NCBI GenBank assembly: GCA_965655095.1
Contig: OZ296651.1
Span: 52,204,001 to 52,268,000, forward strand
Direction: 5' to 3'
DNA from: Haplodiscus bocki
Lineage: Eukaryota
DNA length: 64,000 bases
Below the pieces are notes generated by a model. The model saw only the letters and a program-made list of their open reading frames with translations. It searched no databases and was not told the origin of the DNA. Below, piece by piece: positions 1 to 12,549 of the stretch (position 1 is the stretch's first letter; each line of letters starts with the position of its first letter). The translations under genes and the position numbers were made by a program.

Positions 1-299
1 GGGGCATATGCACGTATATGACAATGAATACCAGGAAACTTTTGCAAAGCTTGTGGTACAGTTGAACTGAGATATCAAGAACAATTTCCTATTCAGCCGT
101 AGCCATTTGGAAACATTGAAAATTAGACAACCAGAGGAAAAAATGAAGATTGATGAGACATTGAAAGAAATGGTTTATGTTGGAACAGTTTTACGTTATG
201 CTTCTTGAATAATCAAAAAATATGTCAGATCCCAGAAAATAACACGGTCAATTGAAAAAACTGAGACACCACCGACGCAACCTGGTTGCTGAATAAAGC

Positions 300-1850
300 A
301 GTGTCCTTCCTCTGTGCTCTTTCTCCTCAAGTGGTGCTGCACGCAGCGTATGAAGGAAAATGTAATTTTTCGTACAGACAATAGAGGAAAATAATAGAAA
401 CAGTTGCCTAAGCTATGATTTAAATAAAAACCCAATCGAGTTTTGCTCTCCCGCGTAGGGTTGTAGGTTCACGTCGAAGTCAGCAGGTTCAAAAAAATTT
501 ATTGGAATGATCATTGCAGAGGGAAGGCTGCAATTTCAAACGTAACTTCAAAACTTTGGATACCGTAAACTTATAAATTTTTGTAAATTTTTGTCTCCAA
601 CCTCTTGTACATAACCCAAGGGACCTTTTAAACAACAGTCTGCAGTAGGGGAACAGCTTGCACTCTATGAAAAGTGCGGCAGTTGAGTAGTTGTTTTCCA
701 AGAAAAAGTTGATTTTTTCTCCATCATCTTTACCCACGTTTTGGCCCCCTTTTCGAAGATCATTGGCCATGTGGACCTAGCACACGTCAACGCAAGTCTT
801 TGAATATAACTTGCTCAACATACCGATCTGCACGTCCTTCGTTTGAAAAAGAAGGAAGAACTGAGAGCTTAACAACTGAATGAGACGTTAATATTTTTCT
901 GGCTGCTCATCTTCAGTATCTTCTGTTTCATCTTTTATGTTAAGCATAACACGAAATATGTTACAAGCATCATTTGCTACGATATAGAGCTCACAAAAGC
1001 AGACTTTCTGGGCCACTCCAGGTTTCACCACACGTTCCTTGATGTCAAAAACAACTAATTTGCAACATCAAGCCGTGATTAAATCAAAATAGCCTGCAAA
1101 TCGTTGAAAAAATTTGAACAAGAGCGAGGAATTCTTGATGCTGAGAACAACGGAATCAACGATGTAGCATTCGCAACAACCGGTGAAGTCGTCCCAACAT
1201 CTTGTAAAGCCATGACGAAAATTGTTGAAAAAACAAACAGGGAATTTTTTCCGAGCCATTCGCTGGCTTCATCGGATATCTCAACACTAAACTAATGGGA
1301 TATATAATCAGCTCTTTCTGTCAAGGCCCACAACTTTTTGAGTATTTTGTATAGCGCGTTTCAGTTACCTAGTTTTTATCCACACTCTTTTTATATGTAC
1401 GACCTTGACAATGTCTCTGAGTTTTACTTCTTCAAATTTTGAGTTAAAGTTGTTTATTGTTGCGATGGTGAAAAAGTCTTCTTGAATTTATTTCATTGAC
1501 TCTCCAATATTGAAATTGGATTCGTTTCGTTTATTGTGTTTTCTGTCTTTAATGACCATTATGTCAGCTGCAGCGTGAGCATCTTCTCTGCTTAAAATTT
1601 TGGTAAATTTTATCAGGCGATCAGAATGGGTAGATTTAACAGTTGGCGTCTCTCTGGGAATCTCTCTTCCTTCTGACTGGGTGACAACCTGGAAGTTCAA
1701 CATTGTGCATTCATGATTTCCAACTTTTTCACTTTGAGGTAAAGGGTTCATTTCCGTTTTGTCTGTTAAACACACCGGTTTAAAAAATTTTGTATAATGT
1801 GCACCTGACGTCCTCGCCAACGATAATTGATCTTTTTGTAATTTTTGTGA
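300..1850 (-). mobile_element. Highly degenerate non-LTR retrotransposon, RT-region remnant
   Basis: Broken minus-strand frames; KPGVAQKV at ~1025-1000 resembles the RT 'GVPQG' motif. Endonuclease-like 'FPTF...QDLII' remnants lie upstream at ~2640-2740. Many stops and frameshifts. Confidence 0.35.
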
Positions 1851-1934
1851 TCAACTTCTTAGCTACAATGATTTTCTAAGCAAATTAATGGCTGAGCAAG
1901 AAATCTTAATGAACTATTACTACCTAATCTCTCT

Positions 1935-2456
1935 CAATTCTCTGTCTTGTTATTTTGCGCCAAATTTTTCAGAGTATGAAAACAAAATCTTTTTCTCGAA
2001 TGGAACGTTTTTTTTTACCCGATGTTTGCTAGTTGCGTTCACGGCACATTGGCAAGTTTGTTCACATTTCTGAATGTGATTTTTGTTTGAAAAAAATGTA
2101 ACAAAATTGGAGTAGAGTGCTACTCAAATTATATAATTTCTCAAAACGTTCATTATCTGGGATTTTTTTGGGAGAAAAAGATGGGTTTTTCTTGAATTTT
2201 TTCAAAACCGCTAAAGGTGGAAAATTAGCTGCAGAATGCGTATCGAATGGTACCATTTCCTAAAAAAGTCTATTTCGCCCTAATTATGAGGTTTTTTGGC
2301 AAAAAATTAGAAAACTTTGAACGTTGGAAAAAATGGAAAAAATATGATGAAGAACGAGTATTTTTTTCGAGAAAAAAAGTTTTCATCTTTTTAAAAGTTT
2401 TGCTTACAAAAATGGGAAGGCGCAAAAGATGCCGATGGTAGCTGGCTGTTTTGTTT
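1935..2456 (+). mobile_element. Non-autonomous Helitron/Helentron-like dispersed repeat, copy A
   Basis: Colinear with the reverse complement of 58451-58960 (e.g. ttattttgcgccaaattt...gttttttttacccgatgtttgct vs ttattttccgctaaattt...gtttttttacgcgatgtttgct). Ends in the degenerate terminal motif gccgatggtagctggctgttttgt at 2431-2454. Confidence 0.55.
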
Positions 2457-4699
2457 AGTTTCACCAGCCGACTAGTACTGTCTGCTCATGTTTTCGTTTC
2501 TTGCCATTCAGAACAAGTTTGTGGAGCTACGACCGTTTTAATTTCGGTACTTTTTTTCCGGACCAAATTAAATGGTTTCCAGTTGCCTCTGTAAACATAT
2601 GATCTTCTTCATTTGTAACCCCTCTGCAGACTTTTGGATCATAAACGTAGGGAAACTTTTTCGATATTGGGGATTCTCTCCTTGCGTTTGTGTAAGTTGC
2701 AATTGATTTTGGGCAATGATCAAGTCTTGTCGGACGCGTTTCTCAACTAATGCCCATGAGGAGCAGTCCCAGTTCGTTGGCGAACGTCAAAAACGATTGG
2801 TAAGAAAGACGGTAACGTGATAATGTGTGTTACATCTCTAGCCATATGTAGTTTTTGTATCTGCGAGTCTGTGGTGCAAGACAGTGTCAAAGGCCTCTTC
2901 GAAACGAATGTGTACATTTTTCACTTCGTTGCTTGTATCTAAATTTTGATCCAGTCATTTGGTGTTCTCAGAAGTTGTAGCATTGTTTGGCGGCCGGGTA
3001 CAAAACCAAACTGTTGGTCTGATGTTGATTTGTTTTGATTCAAGAAATTGAACAAGTGTCTGCTTTTAATGTTTATATTATTTTACACGAAACGTAGCTC
3101 AAAATCAAAGGTTTGCTTCGAGAGCGAGCAAATTTTTCCAATATCTATTTATCAAGATTTTCAAACAAGAACTTCAATTCTTTTCTAATTCATTGCGTGA
3201 TTGATGGCCGTTCTGTTCTTTTACAGTGTTAGTCGGGTCGCCTCCTGCAATGTGACTGAATTTTGTGGTCTCTTCTGTTGTCATGAAATGTTTGCCCAAT
3301 GTACTAGAAATCTACTAGTTTCTCAAAGTTTGTGAGTTTCTCATTTAGGTTCGTGTCATGTGCGACTCTCACATGCGTGAGCCCTTCCTGGTCAATTTTT
3401 TGTCATGTGCCCTTTGTTTAGGCGTTTTGTGTGTTCAGTGATATCCAACAAGACTAGCAGTGGTCTTTGCTGTAGTTCGGCAGTTTCTTTCACCTCAAGT
3501 TTTTACCAACAACCGAACAGGTCTCGAAGTTTTGTGCGTCAAAATTTACGGTTCTGCGTAGTTTTTTTTTCGTTATTCAATAAAACGATCTTCCGATTCA
3601 TTGCATCTTCTATTCCAGACACTTGTTTTTGACGGGGTTTGTTTTATGCCGTTAGTTTTTCCTTCAATTTTCCTGTTGTTCCTGTCAACTTTCGACGGAA
3701 ATGAGTGTTACGTTTTTCCATGCGGTCTTTCAAGTATCCTCCGGCCAAACGCTGCTTGGCTCCTGACAGTAGTTTTGCTTTCGAAGTTTTATAAGTCGGT
3801 TCTCGTGATTTTACAGAGTTAATGACTGTTTCCGAATCACTTTTCAAAATTCATTTTTTGTTTAGACTAATTGATGTTGTGATAAACTTACAAAAACATT
3901 CAGATTGTGTGATGTCTGGTAAGCTGAAGAATGCTTCGGTCTCAAATGAATCTGATGCCGAAGTTGGCAAAATGCACCTGATGAACTGTGGTGGTACTGG
4001 CTATGACAGCAAGCCTTGCCCGGTATGGACCCAAGTATGGCTTCCAAGGAAATTTTGCAAGAGAATCGAAACAAAGCCAATTTGTGCGGTTTGTGTTGTG
4101 CAGGAAAAGCAATGCATGGACCCTCAAAGAGCGATGTATCCCAGGAATTTTCTCTGAAGAGGATATTTCAAGCGGATGTTATTGACCGTTATGGAGGGCG
4201 AGACAATAAGAGGATTTGTGGTGCGATTGAACAGTCTGTAGAGAATGTCTACGAGAAGATGGTTGTTGTTTCACAAAAATCAGGTGCTGCTTACGCGAAG
4301 GACTCAGCGTGTCTCAACGACTAACGACTTGAAAACCGAAAAACGGGGCTGAAAAAAAACAAGAGACGCTACACGAAACTTGACATCATGGTCAACAAGA
4401 GACGTTTGGAAGGGAACGAGAAAAACTACAAAATAATGACGAAGACACACCACTCAGAGCTGTATTGTTCATTTTACTCAGACGAAAATTCGACATGGCA
4501 AATGTTGTTTCTTCGAAAGAAAAAGTAATTGTGTGTATGAATGATGAGAAGTAACAAATAATTGATAACTTATATGAACACTGTGAGCGGTCGTTGTTAT
4601 ATTTCGCAGTATATGTAATAAACCAGAAAATTTATTCATTCTGTAGGGTCGTTTTTTTCAGACCAAAATTGCCAACTCTTTTCATTCAAAAATAAATAA

Positions 4700-4766
4700 C
4701 AGCGGTAAGCGTAGGACAGCAAGGTTCTCAAGCAGTAGGTTCGGGGTTCGAGTCACTGCCCTGCCA
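4700..4766 (+). other. tRNA-derived (Pol III A/B-box-like) segment, not a functional tRNA
   Basis: agcggtaagcg (D-arm/A-box-like) ... GGTTCGAGTC (B box) ... cctgCCA; no clean cloverleaf. Confidence 0.5.
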
Positions 4767-4792
4767 AAATTTTTTACGAGTTATCCCTAACA

Positions 4793-5625
4793 TTTTTCGA
4801 TACCCAAAATTAGTGCAACACTAAAGGGTTCCCCTACGAAAATTTTTCGGTACTGTGAGACAAAAAAACTTTCGACGGAAAATCTTGATACTCCCCCGCC
4901 CCCCTCTTTTCCGAACTTTTTCGGTACCCGAAATTAGTGAAACACTAAAGGGTTCCCCTACGAAATTTTTTCGGCACTGTGAGACAAAAATTTTTCGACG
5001 GAAAATCTTGATACTCCCCCCTCTTTTCCGAACTTTTTCGGTACCCGAAATTAGTGAAACACTAAAAGGTTCCCCTATGAAACTTTTCGGCACTGTGAAA
5101 CAGAAAATTTTCAATGGAAAATCTTCATTCCCCCTCCCTCCTCTTATTCATAAACTTTTTCGGTTCGCGAAATCAGTGAAACACGAAGGGGTTCCCCTAT
5201 GAAAGTTTTTGGCACTGTGAGACAGAAAGTTCTCGACGGAAAATCTTAATACTCACCCCCCCCCATTTTATCCATAAATTTTTCCCCTACCGGAAAATTT
5301 CTGAAACGCAGCACAGAAGGATTCACCAACGAAATCTTTCGGCATTGTGAGATAGAAAAATTTCGACGGAAAGTCGAAAATCGTGACATAACCCTCTGAA
5401 GCATAATTTTTTTCGGTACCCGAAATTATTGAAACACTAAAAGATTTCGCCACGGAAGTTTTTGGCACTGTGAGACAAAAAAAACTTCGACGGAAAATCT
5501 TGATACCCCTTCCCCCCTCTCTGATGAATTAAATTTTTCGCTACCCGAAAATTTCTGATACACCGAAAAGTTCCCCAACGAAAATTTTTGGTACTGTGAG
5601 ACAAAAAAATTTGAACGAAAAGTCG
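4793..5625 (+). repeat. Tandem array of ~7 x ~120-bp units
   Basis: The unit tttttcggtacccgaaattagtgaaacactaaagggttcccctacgaaattttttcggcactgtgagacaaaaa..ttcgacggaaaatcttgatactccccc recurs at ~4793, 4916, 5034, 5156, 5278, 5408 and 5534. Confidence 0.95.
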
Positions 5626-5879
5626 TGCATAGAATATGGAAATCAGTGGTGGAATTGATGTTTGTAGAAAACTTTCGCAAACTAGATTTTATACAGTTGT
5701 CTCGTTTTTAACTGTGGGCAAATGTGATCAAAATAATTGTATTCCTGCGAAAAATATGCCGGTGCTAGCCGGCCGTCTTGTTTTATATTTCTGTCAAACG
5801 CCATTTCTAAAATTGGACTCGCCAAAGTTTGAGCATTTCTAAAAGTGAGTACTTCTACAATGAGAGTTGTTGAACGGGA

Positions 5880-8340
5880 ATTCTAAAGCATATATATTTT
5901 ATGAATAATTGTTCACTCAATGTACATTTTGCTGAATTTCAACAAATACATGATCAATATCAATATAAATCAAGCATAATGTGTCTATCTGAGACATGGC
6001 TCTCTATTGATCAACCATTTGAGCATTTTATTCCGAAAGTCTACCAGCCTATTTTTTCTGTCAATTCTAGTAAAAATAACGGAATTGCTATGTATATTCA
6101 AGAAAACTTTTCTTTCGAGATAAATGAGCACCGTATAACAAGTCGAGTAATTTGGCTACTCTATGTTTCCACGAGCAAAACCTTTTAGTCAATAGTGTAT
6201 ATCTTTCTCCTCGAAGTTTAGACAGTGATTTTATATCGCAGTTCAATAGATACTTTGAACAGTAGCCGGAATGGATTGAACATTGAAAAGAGTAGGAGAT
6301 TTCAAGCTAGAACTTTAACAAAATTCCAGAGAAGTGAAACACTATATTCTTGTCTTCACACAAAACGGATGTACACAGATTTTAGATACGCCAATTCGAA
6401 TGCCTTATGGTTCAAAAACCATTTGTTTTGATCGTGCAATACATAATGAAACTTTGGCAAAGTTGAAGAAGCAAATTTAATTTGTTATTGTCACCGTTTT
6501 CTATGCTAGACACGTCTCCTACCCGTTGTAAATAAAAGAAGCCTATGAGAATTCCAAAAAACACTATTTCACTTCTCTAAAGCTGTGCCGAAATCAACAA
6601 ATTGTTAAGAAGCCTTGAACAAATGTTACTATCTTTCTTCGAAAGTGATTGTATTAACGACGATGTCAGTCATTGAGTAAAATTTCTCCAACAAATTTTG
6701 GCTGAATTTACAAGGTAATCTGAAGTGAAGAATAAACAGTCAGTAACAGTCAGAATTCAAATGAACCTGAATTGGCAAAAAACGTAAAACTGGGAATTAA
6801 AACTCATTGCAATTTTTTATATAAAAAAGCCGCGCTTTGTTAACGTCCACAAGTGTTTTTGGAAAACAAAGCTCTGTTTCTAAAAAAACTACAAAAAAAG
6901 TGGACGAGAACCATCACCTGCTAGTCAAAGTTTGAGACGTAATTTAGGTGTTCTATTTAAAAACGATTCTCCTGAAATGTTTATTAAACTTTGCTCTTCG
7001 AGAGTTGTTGAAATACAATAATCTTTCATTTGATTGTCTCATCGAGTGTTTACTACGAGCAGAGCATATAATAAAATATCAATTTTGTCGCGAGATTGCA
7101 CTGCTGGGGATTTCTTTATCTAACAAAAAAAATTGGTTATGGAGGAGCAACTGGGATTGCTGAAAGTTCAAATAGAACTTTGAAAGCTGACGAACAAATT
7201 TTAGCGCAACTGTCGTGGGTTATAAAATATTAATTCATTCTCCGAAGTCGTTTTCCCAGATTGCCTTAAAGTTGCCACATTGACGCCAATACAAAAATCT
7301 GTATCGGAACAAAAGTTTGAAAATTATAGGCCTAACTTTGTTCTTCCAAAGATTGTAATAATTGATTTTGATTTTTATTATTTGTGGGAATTTTTTGTAA
7401 CCGCATTAAAAGTTTTCGCTGATTTTTTAGTTGATATAACCAAACAGTTGAGATACCCAAAATGTGAGAAATGTTCCATTTTCCTGGACATTCAGGAAGA
7501 ATTCGATACAATAGACAACGAAAGACTACTGATGCAATTTAGATTAATACGACGTTATAGGTGGTTGTCTTGAGTGTTTTCCACCCGTATCTCTCCAAAC
7601 GGTATCACAAAAATTTGGGATGCATTCTCTTGTTGGGCGGCTATTGTATGCGGAGTTCCACAATATTCAGTACTTGGTCCTTTGTTGTTACTTTTATACA
7701 TTAATGATCTGCCAAACAACAGTAATCACATCAAACAATACCTTCATGCAGATGATATTAACTTGTTGAACAAATCTAGTAATCTCTTTTGCTTTGTGAA
7801 ACTAGCTCGTGGTTTGCTGAAAGCAAATTGCGTTTGAACTCTTCCAAGACACAAAACGTCACGTTCAAATCATTTGAGAGAATGGTATTTTTAGACGAGA
7901 CGGAATTCAAAAATGTCGCCTTTTTAAGTGTGATTTTCGGCAGCGATTTGATAGTTGATTTTCGTTTTTGTGAAATTGTCAAAAAGTTGTCGCCATAAGT
8001 TTCTGTACTCTCTAACGTTTGTCAGATTATAACACGTGCTTTTTGATTACTTACTGAGAAACGTACACTGAACCCATTAAACATTACGAATTTTTTTCCA
8101 ATGCCATCACTTACCAAAACAAACTATATCCGTTATTCAATCAACAGAAAAACACTCTGCGCGAAAGTTGTTTCAAAAAGAAATTTGATAATGTTGGCTT
8201 TCTCTCTGCAAGATATATTGTACTGAATGTCAATGAAGTTTACGGTAGAGATTCTTTGATGTTCGTTCTAAAATCTGACTGGGCTGTATTCAAATGGTTG
8301 TCTTAATAAGTTGTTCATGATTGGGCCTTATAATCACTCT
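5880..8340 (+). mobile_element. Degenerate CR1/L2-type LINE ORF2 (APE endonuclease + RT)
   Basis: Motifs occur in the expected order across broken frames: SLNV, IMCLSETWL, NGIAMYIQE; then ENYRP, IFLDIQEEFDTID, GVPQYSVLGPLLLLLYINDLP, YLHADD, WFAESKLRLNSSKTQ. Confidence 0.9.
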
Positions 8341-8344
8341 GTCT

Positions 8345-11250
8345 TTACGCGGAGTTAAAGTTCTGACAAAGTGCAAGGTTCTCAAATAACAAATACTTTG
8401 CAACACATAATGTCCAAACTTCGGTCAGAAAACTTATTGGAGGTTTTGTTATTCGTACGAAGTTTTTCGAGACATTTTTCAAATGAATGTTTTTGTTTTT
8501 AGGGGCGCCCACAGACACTCCGCTTAGGTTTTGAAGGGCCCACTTTGATGATATGTTTTCCTTCAAAATTCAAAAAGACCCTGGATTTGCATGCATCATG
8601 ATTATCATCTTAGCCTTCTGCGAGTAGATATAATTCAACTTACTCGCGTCAGGCAGCCACATATACTGTTCCCCTTATCTGTTGTCATCCATCACGTTCT
8701 TTTGCTTCTTTTGTCATGTGAGTTAAATAGTCCATGGTGTAGAGGAGTTCATTAGCTCTTGACTCAGAGGGACTACATTGTCTCCATCTAAGTTTATCCT
8801 TATCTGTGATTGTTATGAGAGTTCTTCTGGGTCGTCTTCTGTATTTATATCTTTAACCTCTGGCGAAAAACTGCGTCATTGTTTTGTGTGTAAGTACGTT
8901 TTCTTTCATTCGAAGGAGGTGTATGCGTAACTTCCATCGTCTCTTTCGTTTTTTTGATCCGATGGTAGTGCAATCGCGGTTTTTATATACAAACTTGTCT
9001 GAAGTTCGGTTTGGGTACTTGATGTTGAAAAAAACCCGTAGCTTTTGTCTCTGCAGGGCCATAAATTTTGTTGCTTTCGCCTGGCTCAACCCACAAGTTT
9101 CAGAGTTATACAATAAGATTGACTTGACCAGAGAATCTTGAACAAAAATTTTTTCTTGTCAACATAATTTCAGCACTTCTGTTCTAGATTTTATGTAGTC
9201 GGGAAAAGGCTGTAGTAGCCGGCGTTTTTCTTATGATGGTATCTTGTTCATCAACTGAAAGCAATTCAAGTTTCCTAACTCTTCACACTTCTTCAATTAT
9301 CTTCAGTGCATCTCTTTAAGGATGGTGGTTCCGGTTTCTTGTGGGTTTGCGAAGACGTTGCATTTTTTGAATACGGATGTTGAATGTTCTTGCGTCCATT
9401 TCAAACGTTCAGATTCGGCTTCAATGAAGTCCGCATTATCTGGGTTAATTGATTCAGACGGATGCGTTCCAACACCGGAGATTCCAAAAAACTCCTGACC
9501 TAGTTTAAAGCTTTGTCGTGTATGTTGTATCTCTTTGAGAGTGCTTTCAAAAAACATCCTAATAAAATTAACACTGTTGATTACGTCCCCTTGAATTGAT
9601 CCAGTATTTGCGTTGAAATACTCCGCACCGATATAATCTTCCACTTCCATTGACAACTTGTACGCGACAACAGTTTTCCGATCTTTTAATTTTAGGAAGT
9701 CTTGGTTATATTAAGGCAATTACCCAAAAGTTTGATTTGATCGGTAGTGTTGAATGCTGGGGTGATATCTATGCCAGTAGGATATATGGTTTGGTCATAT
9801 TTTTTACACAAACACGGAGACATTTCAATCCTAATGCGCTTTTCCAGCTTCTTCCACGGCAGTATGCTGTTTGGGTTTGTGATTTATACTACTGTTTTTT
9901 AAGTTTTAGTCTGATTAACGACATTTTTTTTCTGAGTTTTGGTAGCGAAAAATTCGGTTGAAGTTTTTCTCATCGCCTTCGTTTTTCCAGTTTTTTGAAG
10001 ACGAACCAAAACTTCATGTCCGTACTCGACATCTTCACTGCCGTCGAAAGACTTTTTAAGGAAGTCATTGATTTTCATTCTCAGTATCGGAGGAATGAAT
10101 TTAATGCGTTCTGCCTGAAAATCATCGAAACCAAGTGCTCCTCCGTTTTTCGACATTTTCGCGGCTTCAAAATCTTCTTCTTCGCTGATTGTTCGATTGA
10201 GTCGTCGTTTCATGTCAATTTCAACTTGTGTTGCTGTATTTTCATGAAAAACGGCATGAAATGATTTTTTTCAGATTATCATGACCTTCATGTTGGTGTG
10301 CCACATTTCTACTTTGTTGGTCTTTCACCATTATCTGTTCTTTTTTGTCCCGTAGAAATATGATAAACACCTTGAAGGCTTTGGTTTTTTTGGCGCTTGT
10401 GACATGTTTTCAACGAGTAATTCGACACTCTTTTCTTCCTTTGCTGGTACTTTCTTGTATAATTTACGTGAAACTCGGTTCCGTTCTGACTTCATTGCTC
10501 GTTGTTTTGCATGATCTTTGCTGTTTTCTATATCTAGGCGTAGTCTTTCCTGCTTTGCCGAGAGAATGTTTTTTGACTCATCATGGTTCCTATCGGTTGG
10601 TCTGTCTGATTCACTGTTCGAAGGTTCCCTACTAATTGTTCTAATTGCTCCCGAGTTCAGTCTACAGAAACTTATCCTCTAGACGGTTTGTAAGCCCCTT
10701 TTGGTTTGCTTAACGGGTTGTTTCTCCAGTAACAACTCTGTGGACTTTTGCTTCCTGTTCAGTTTTAAGAGTTTCGCTGGTTGTATGTGACAGAACTTGA
10801 TGTCAAAACGCGAACTGGCAAGGTGATGATCTGTTGTTGTTTTTGTACCTACATAGCTTCTCGAATTCAACAATTTACCTTTCATCCTCAATGAGCACTT
10901 GATATTTTAAATTTGAATATGGATTTTGGTCGTCTCGTCGCCAAGGTATCTTGTTGGTTCCCAGGTCGTTATGTCACTTGCTTTTTGTTGGAAAGCGGTG
11001 TTTCACTGAAATATTGACTTGGTTTGGCTGAATTGTAGTAGATTCAGCCCACGGTTATTTGCGCATCCATCTGAGTAAAATTCAAGGCAGTTGAGACCAT
11101 CTGCTATCCCAAAGTTTGCGTTGAAATCTCCAGCATTCAAGATATGAGCGGTTTTTATCGAGCAGGTGGTGATCGTTTTGCTTGGCTGTGTTTAAAACTC
11201 ATAAAGTCCTGCTCTTTTCTCAGTGAGTCGACAAGTATGTGGTGGTGCTA
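8345..11250 (-). mobile_element. Degenerate RTE-like non-LTR retrotransposon, 3' part (endonuclease C-half, RT, C-terminus)
   Basis: ILNAGDFNANFG at ~11140-11110, NTGSIQGDVINS at ~9610-9575, MYNSETCGL at 9113 and LRVFFNIKYP; multiple stops. Confidence 0.75.
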
Positions 11251-11530
11251 CTACTACTAGTACTACTTCTTCATAGGGGCGCATTGAAGGCATTAGTTTC
11301 TGGCGTTTTGCCTGGTTTTGACCGGAAACAACGTTTTTTCATCGCTGACATGAAAACAATACTCCACGACCTTCTCGTGAACGTCTGCTGAACCCTTGGA
11401 AGATAATTACTAGCGTCGGCTAAAAAACAGAATAGATGGGTCAACACATTTTAGCAACGTCTACAATGGGCGTTGTGCCGGTGCGTTAACCCCTACTGGC
11501 GGTTTGAACGACGGAATTGGCAGTTTGCTT
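11249..11530 (-). mobile_element. RTE-like 3' end fragment with (GAA)/(TAG)n tail
   Basis: The minus strand ends ...atgccttcaatgcgcccctatgaagaagtagtactagtagtag, resembling an RTE-clade 3' terminus with a microsatellite tail. Confidence 0.45.
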
Positions 11531-12549
11531 TAGCATAGTAACGTAAAAGTAGAAGAACATACTATGGGTGACAATGAACAATCAATATATCAATTGGCGA
11601 AACGAAAAAAGCACCTCCAGGATTTCAATAACCAGTCAAAACTACTGTCACTGAGAAACCAATGAACAAGGCTCTAAATCAATTGAAATCGTCCCATCAA
11701 CATTTGTGGAAAATTGAAGTACAAATAAGCACGATGAGATAATTTGAAAGTTTCACCCGGCTCTAAAAAGAGATCTCCTCCAGTATTCTTGAACTTACTG
11801 TGAAATATATTTTTCCCCATACACCTGCTTCGAAGAAAAATTGACCAACAAAGCATTTTTTTGCTTTAAAGTTTTTAGTTAAACCATGATGTCACAAACT
11901 TTTTGTATTCTGTATTTTAGAATGAATCTTATTTCTGGAATAACGTACACGTTTCCTGTTAACACGGAGGCTACTTGTTCGAATCACACGTTTCATAAAA
12001 TTCATCATTAGGTCAAAATCTGAGGAATTTCTTAACTAAGCAGGGGAGGCATGTCGATTACTGCCTCCCACTATCAAGAAGTATTGGAGGTATAAAGTTA
12101 TATTGAAAAACGCCGGCCGACTCAAAACATAAAAGATTCCAATTCAAAGTTCATCTGATCCATCAGATAAATTGGAACAGACTCAAATCAGGCCGAAGAA
12201 AAAAAAGACTAATGGAATGAAAATGGAAGATGGTGTGGGTCAATGAAAACGAAATACCAATCGAATTCATAGACTAAAAATAAATTTTTAAAGAACTATT
12301 GCAAATTAGATGAGAAAACGAATTGTGTTGCTTCTAGGAAAAGTGCCGAAGCAAACACACATAGTTGAACAATTTAACACAAGCACGAGTTACTGAACTT
12401 GTGAAACTCTTTGAGGGATAAGTTATGAAGGTTTTTTTCCATGAGCATATAAATGTTTTGTTCTTTGAGTAATAAAGAACATTTTTGGCAAAGGCATAGA
12501 CAGGGATCATTGATGCTTTGGAGAAGTCATGGGATGGTATTACAAAGCC

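Larger units (their letters stand above)
4575..5781 (+). mobile_element. Non-autonomous Helitron/Helentron-like element with internal tandem array, copy B
   Basis: Ends in hairpin GCCGG-tgctag-CCGGC (5758-5773) followed by cgtCTTGT and a T run; the same terminus occurs in copies A and C. Contains a tRNA-like segment and ~7 units of ~120 bp. The 5' boundary is approximate. Confidence 0.55.

Noticed and set aside
4700-4766. Functional tRNA gene (also considered at 23258-23311, 33552-33616 and ~39620-39680)
   Set aside because: Only box-like motifs are present; acceptor and anticodon stems do not pair properly.
4793-5625. CRISPR-like array, or the repeat-containing ORFs 4821-5114 and 4855-5202
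   Set aside because: Units are contiguous ~120-bp repeats with no unique spacers and no cas genes, in a eukaryotic context; the ORFs are by-products of the repeat.
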